64,000 nt of DNA from assembly GCA_904063045.1 (NCBI GenBank), contig CAJFCJ010000022.1:1-64000 (forward strand). Reading direction: 5' to 3'. Origin of the DNA: Dimorphilus gyrociliatus. Its lineage: Eukaryota > Animalia > Annelida. Of the stretch, positions 58,601-64,000 are shown piece after piece. Each line of letters opens with the position of its first letter. The stretch's first letter is position 1. A model generated the notes under the pieces. The model was not told the DNA's origin. It saw nothing but the letters and a program-made list of their open reading frames with translations, and searched no databases. The position numbers and the translations under genes are program-made.

Positions 58601-61600
58601 AAAAAAAGCCATTTGGTAAATCATTGCATATTCCGCCATTGAGACATGGATTTTTAGGTACACATTCGTTTTTCAACTCACAATGCTTTCCATAATATCC
58701 TAAGGGACACTTACAGATATAGCCAAATTTTTGTTCAATGCATTTACCACCGTTATAACATGGATTTTTTGGGAAACAGTTGTATTTAAACTCACAATTC
58801 TTTCCGTAGAATCCAAGCGGACATGTACAAAAATAGCCATTTGGCAAATCATTGCATATTCCGCCATTTAGACAAGGATTTTTCGGTTTACAGTCGTTTT
58901 TGAATTCACAATTCGGTCCAAAATATCCTAGGGGACATGTACAAAAATATCCAATTGGTAGATCATTGCATGTTCCGCCATTTTTACAAGGATTTTTTGG
59001 TAAACAGCTATTTTTGATTTCACAATTCTTTCCAAAGTAACCCAGGGGACACTTGCATGAATAGCCAATTGGTAGATCGATGCATGTTGCGCCATTTTTA
59101 CATGGTTTTTTGGTTATACATTCGTTTTCAAGCTCACAATTTTTTCCACTAAATCCCTTGGGACACGAACATGAATATCCAACTGGTAGATCATTACATG
59201 TTCCGCCATTTTTACAAGGATTTTTTGGTAAACAGCTATTTTTGATTTCACAATTCTTTCCAAAGTAACCCAGGGGACACTTGCATGAATAGCCAATTGG
59301 TAGATCAATGCATGTTGCGCCATTTTTACATGGTTTTTTGGTTATACATTCGTTTTCAAGCTCACAATTTTTTCCGCTAAATCCCTTGGGACACGAACAT
59401 GAATAGCCAACTGGTAGATCATTGCATGTTCCGCCATTTTTACAAGGATTTTTTGGTAAACAGCTATTTTTGATTTCACAATTCTTTCCAAAGTAACCCA
59501 GGGGACACTTGCATGAATAGCCAATTGGTAGATCGATGCATGTTGCGCCATTTTTACATGGTTTTTTGGTTATACATTCGTTTTCAAGCTCACAATTTTT
59601 TCCACTAAATCCCTTGGGACACGAACATGAATAGCCAACTGGTAGATCATTACATGTCCCGCCATTTTTACAAGGATTTTTTGGTAAACAGCTATTTTTG
59701 ATTTCACAATTCTTTCCAAAGTAACCCAGGGGACACTTGCATGAATAGCCAATTGGTAGATCAATGCATGTTGCGCCATTTTTACATGGTTTTTTGGTTA
59801 TACATTCGTTTTCAAGCTCACAATTTTTTCCGCTAAATCCCTTGGGACACGAACATGAATAGCCAACTGGTAGATCATTGCATGTTCCGCCATTTTTACA
59901 AGGATTTTTTGGTAAACAGCTATTTTTGATTTCACAATTCTTTCCAAAGTAACCCAGGGGACACTTGCATGAATAGCCAATTGGTAGATCAATGCATGTT
60001 GCGCCATTTTTACATGGTTTTTTGGTTATACATTCGTTTTCAAGCTCACAATTTTTTCCGCTAAATCCCTTGGGACACGAACATGAATAGCCAACTGGTA
60101 GATCATTGCATGTTCCGCCATTTTTACAAGGATTTTTTGGTAAACAGCTATTTTTGATTTCACAATTCTTTCCAAAGTAACCCAGGGGACACTTGCATGA
60201 ATAGCCAATTGGTAGATCAATGCATGTTGCGCCATTTTTACATGGTTTTTTGGTTATACATTCGTTTTCAAGCTCACAATTTTTTCCACTAAATCCCTTG
60301 GGACACGAACATGAATATCCAACTGGTAGATCATTACATGTTCCGCCATTTTTACAAGGATTTTTTGGTAAACAGCTATTTTTGATTTCACAATTCTTTC
60401 CAAAGTAACCCAGGGGACACTTGCATGAATAGCCAATTGGTAGATCAATGCATGTTGCGCCATTTTTACATGGTTTTTTGGTTATACATTCGTTTTCAAG
60501 CTCACAATTTTTTCCGCTAAATCCCTTGGGACACGAACATGAATAGCCAACTGGTAGATCATTACATGTCCCGCCATTTTTACAAGGATTTTTTGGTAAA
60601 CAGCTATTTTTGATTTCACAATTCTTTCCAAAGTAACCCAGGGGACACTTGCATGAATAGCCAATTGGTAGATCAATGCATGTTGCGCCATTTTTACATG
60701 GTTTTTTGGTTATACATTCGTTTTCAAGCTCACAATTTTTTCCACTAAATCCCTTGGGACACGAACATGAATATCCAACTGGTAGATCATTACATGTCCC
60801 GCCATTTTTACAAGGATTTTTCGTTATACATTCGTTTTCAAGCTCACAATTTTTTCCGCTAAATCCCTTGGGACACGTACATGAATATCCAACTGGTAGA
60901 TCAATGCATGTTGCGCCATTTTTACATGGTTTTTTCGTTATACATTCGTTTTCAAGCTCACAATTTTTTCCACTAAATCCCTTGGGACACGAACATGAAT
61001 ATCCAACTGGTAGATCATTACATGTTCCGCCATTTTTACAAGGATTTTTCGTTATACATTCGTTTTCAAGCTCACAATTTTTTCCACTAAATCCCTTGGG
61101 GCACGAACATGAATATCCAACTGGTAGATCAATGCATGTTGCGCCATTTTTACATGGTTTTTTCGTTATACATTCGTTTTCAAGCTCACAATTTTTTCCG
61201 CTAAATCCCTTGGGACACGTACATGAATAGCCGATTGGCAGTTGCTTACAAGTTCCACCGTTTTGACACGGATTAGGGTTGCAATCGCTTGCTGTTGCCT
61301 TGCAGGTTTCATCCAGTATTATTGCTTTATATTTTTCCAAATCGTTGAAATTGTTTACTTTTATGATTTTTGACTTATCTGTTGCTATTGCTTCTATTTC
61401 ATTGTTATTTATGTTGCTTCCTACAGGAACAGCAAATACGGTTACGCCAAGATTAGTCGCTTTCTTCAATAAGTCAGCTTGTGTTTTAGTACCCCCTGGA
61501 TTAGCTGAGGCACCATCTGTGAAAACAAGTGCAATATTTTTTATCTTTATTCTATCTCCATGTATGGGAACAAAGATTCGTTCTCTTGCAAGTTTTAGTG

Positions 61601-62149
61601 CTAGGTCCGTTCGTGTACCTCCATTGGGAAAAGTGGTAGTTGCAAGCGCGTTTAGAATAAGTTGTTTGTTAGAGTTGAAATCATTCAGATCAAACCTTAC
61701 AATCGCGTTGTGGTCAAAAATAATTGCAGCTACTCGTGTTTTTGTAGGGCCTACATCGAATGAATCGGTAAGGCCTTTAATGAAATCCATTTGCTTTTTA
61801 AAATTGCTAGATCCAATTGACCCACTGCCATCTATAATCCAGCAAAGATCTACTGGAGCGCATTCTGAAACAATAATAAGTGTTTTTAAAGTTATAAAAT
61901 TGAGACGATTGACTTACCGAGCTCACATCGTTTTCCAGCAAAACCAGGTTTACATATGCATTCAAAATCGTTTTTAATATTATTACACTTCACGAACCTT
62001 CCTGCAAAGCAAGGATTTTTGGAACATAAATCAGTTGTCAGGGACACTCTTCCATTTTCAGCAGATGATTCATTCAATACTGAAGTCTCATCACCTAGTG
62101 AAACGATGACTTGCCCCAGAAGGAGACAAACCCATATAACCCGTAACAT
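55619..62149 (-). CDS. Secreted SP-EGF-vWA-(EGF)33-vWA-(EGF)11 protein, ~2,140 aa (gene B)
   Basis: Exons 62149-61918, 61864-57533 and 57477-55619 sum to 6,423 nt in frame with phase-1 GTAAGT/AG introns. Both vWAs have intact MIDAS (DGSGS, DTSGS); the C-terminal EGFs are very K/Y/F/P/G-rich. Confidence 0.9.
58980..60720 (-). repeat. 228-nt (2-EGF) tandem repeat, 7 full copies plus partial flanks
   Basis: Shadow ORFs at 59114, 59342, 59570, 59798, 60026, 60254, 60482, spaced 228 nt; the copies are protein-identical. Confidence 0.95.
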
Positions 62150-62212
62150 TCTAAAAAGACAAAATATTGTCAATAATAAATAAAAAATGCGAAGAAGTTG
62201 TTAAAATTCATA

Positions 62213-62301
62213 CTTACATAGTTTTAAGGCAGAGTCTTTTCTTCCTTAAGCGACGTTATGGCTACAACGCAACGATAAAGAAAAGTCATCGGCTTTTATA
62301 G
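62213..62301 (-). promoter_or_regulatory. TATA box and 5'UTR exon of gene B
   Basis: TATAAAA on the minus strand at ~62295-62301; the UTR exon ends at a GTAAGT donor (~62218); acceptor at 62151 immediately before the ATG, same layout as gene A. Confidence 0.55.
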
Positions 62302-63185
62302 CAAGAATATCGGAATTATCTAGATCACTTTTTTAGTGAGTTCGTCGCTTTGAACAGTTTTTTTAATTTATTTTCGGATGTTTTGCCACGCGATAGTATT
62401 TTTTATTGGAGAAAAAAAAGGAATCATTGGACTTGTTTAAGCTGAAAGACAAAAAAAGCATGCTACAAATTTTTTATAGCGATCAATTTGAACGGAAGCA
62501 TTTTTTTTAAGAACGATGGAGAATTGACGTCTGCAGCTGTCATTTTCTATTAGTTTATAATTTTCCAGTTATTGAAATGTTGATGAAGAAAGTTTTATCT
62601 TGAAAAAGAACTATTTCCGGAATGGTACTTTATACAAGAAGTACATTCATTCGAATAAAGCTAATTCTATTAAAGTTGCGAACATATAAGTTTATTCCAC
62701 AATTGATGGAATATTAATAATTATTATTATCAATTCAAAATAGATATCCAGTAATATCTTCATATCCAAAATTTAGAAAAAAAAATAATTTTTCCAGATG
62801 GTTTAAAACATATAGCCTATACTGTATATTTTTTAAATCTTTCGATAGCTTCTATCCTTTTGCCTCATTTCATAGATATTCAACGCAGATCTATTTTAAA
62901 GAAACGTGAAAATACAAACTAAAGAACTCTGAAGTGATGAAAAATAAAACTGGAATTACAGAATATTTGCTGGAAGTAAACATTTTACACTTACGAATGT
63001 GTATTCATAATGTTTTCTCAGCATTTAAGACTAAAGAGAATGTTCTGTATGAATATCATTTTTTAGTAATGATTGTTCTTCTTTCAGTAGACATATTAGA
63101 ATAAAAGTTGAAATGAAATATTCAGTATATTACTTTGCAACCTACAAACTGTTCATTCAGTAATGATAGACAAAAAGTTTAGGCG

Positions 63186-64000
63186 ATGCGTCTCAGCTTC
63201 TCGCTCTCCTTCTCATTCATGGTAAACTTTTTAGTGATAACAGCATTCGAAAATCGTATATTATGGAATTCATTTCAAAGAGTAGCTCTCCATGGTGGTA
63301 ATGAAGGTAAACATCTCTCTCCATCTCTTCTCTCTGTCTCTCTCTCTCTCTCGTTTCTTGTCTTCCTCTGTATTTGCACAGCGTATATTTTAACATAGAT
63401 CAAGATGTATTCAATTTAATATATAACTGACGAAATTATAACGGTAATAAAATTTAAAGAGTAAAACTTTCAGCCTTAAACATTCGCCCTAATTCTTCAA
63501 ACATTGACAATATAAGAAACCTCAGCGTATTTATCAAACATGTTGAATGGAAAAAAGATGAAATTGATTGCCTAGTTTTTATGGGAAATAGTGAGGATAT
63601 AAAGAAATGGTTTAAAGCAGTAAAATTATCATCATTTTTTGTTTCAATTATTTATTCTAATTCTGCTTCGAATAATTTTAGACAATTAAAAACATTCATT
63701 CAAGTTTTTCCTATTCCAAATTTCATTGGATGTTCATGATAAATGATAAAAATAATTCGACGAATTTGGATAATCTTGCTGATTATTTTCAAAATCTCAC
63801 TCACGCCGTCATTGCATATAAGGTTAATTACATATTTCTCTTATTTCCTATTTTATAGTATATGATTATATATTTTTTCATTTGCAGCGAATGGAAAACT
63901 GGAAACTTTCCACATTTCTGTTTGATCAGTTGAATCATAAATACTGGAAAGAGTTAAAAGATGGATATTTGAACAAGTGGAGTTTATTTCCAAATTCCAA
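63186..64000 (+). CDS. Divergent ionotropic receptor #3, 5' part (runs off window)
   Basis: Exons 63186-63310, 63474-63619, 63682-63821, 63888->end in frame. ILWNSFQRV, IDCLVFMG..KKWF, FHWMF and LFP match the equivalent exons of IR #1 and #2. Confidence 0.75.

Noticed and set aside
34839-61300. CRISPR array or satellite DNA
   Set aside because: The repeats are in-frame protein-coding units without spacers, in a eukaryotic gene with introns.
33894-61977. Dozens of T/V/I/F-rich plus-strand and off-frame ORFs across the EGF arrays (e.g. 37549-38478, 55625-56629, 61279-61977)
   Set aside because: Shadow frames of the repetitive minus-strand CDS; they recur at exactly the repeat periods and have no independent signals.
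1-64000. Transposons, tRNA or rRNA genes
   Set aside because: No transposase, RT or integrase motifs, TIR/LTR pairs, cloverleafs or rRNA signatures were recognised by eye; short elements could have been missed.

Overview
AT-rich, compact animal genomic DNA with many 50-70 nt GT-AG introns. The gene set points to a small-genome invertebrate, probably a lophotrochozoan such as a meiofaunal annelid (inference only). The first 28 kb is dense with mostly housekeeping genes: a Nanos-like mini zinc-finger gene absent from the ORF track, Sulf1 (with a duplicated basic exon), SUDS3, RIOK3 (candidate intronic H/ACA snoRNA), a C2H2 gene, PTRHD1, DCUN1D4/5, MPPED, LLPH, an HMGB-like gene, a degenerate GT10 fucosyltransferase-like gene and an M14 carboxypeptidase with Gly at the catalytic Glu. 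From 28 kb a tandem array of divergent ionotropic receptors (two complete, a third starting at 63.2 kb) is interrupted by a 28-kb cluster of paralogous secreted vWA/EGF genes. Gene A is a ~5,905-aa acidic protein with ~149 EGFs, a 16-kb exon, hierarchical repeats and periodic spare cysteines. Gene B is a ~2,140-aa vWA-EGF33-vWA-EGF11 protein grading into a Lys/Tyr-rich, mussel-foot-protein-2-like tail. Gene C is an inverted 3-EGF mini-paralogue, and a decayed EGF array lies between B and C. The cluster is the best candidate for an undescribed system, possibly an oppositely charged, cross-linking secreted matrix or adhesive. All exon models and counts were made by eye and need RNA-seq and database confirmation.
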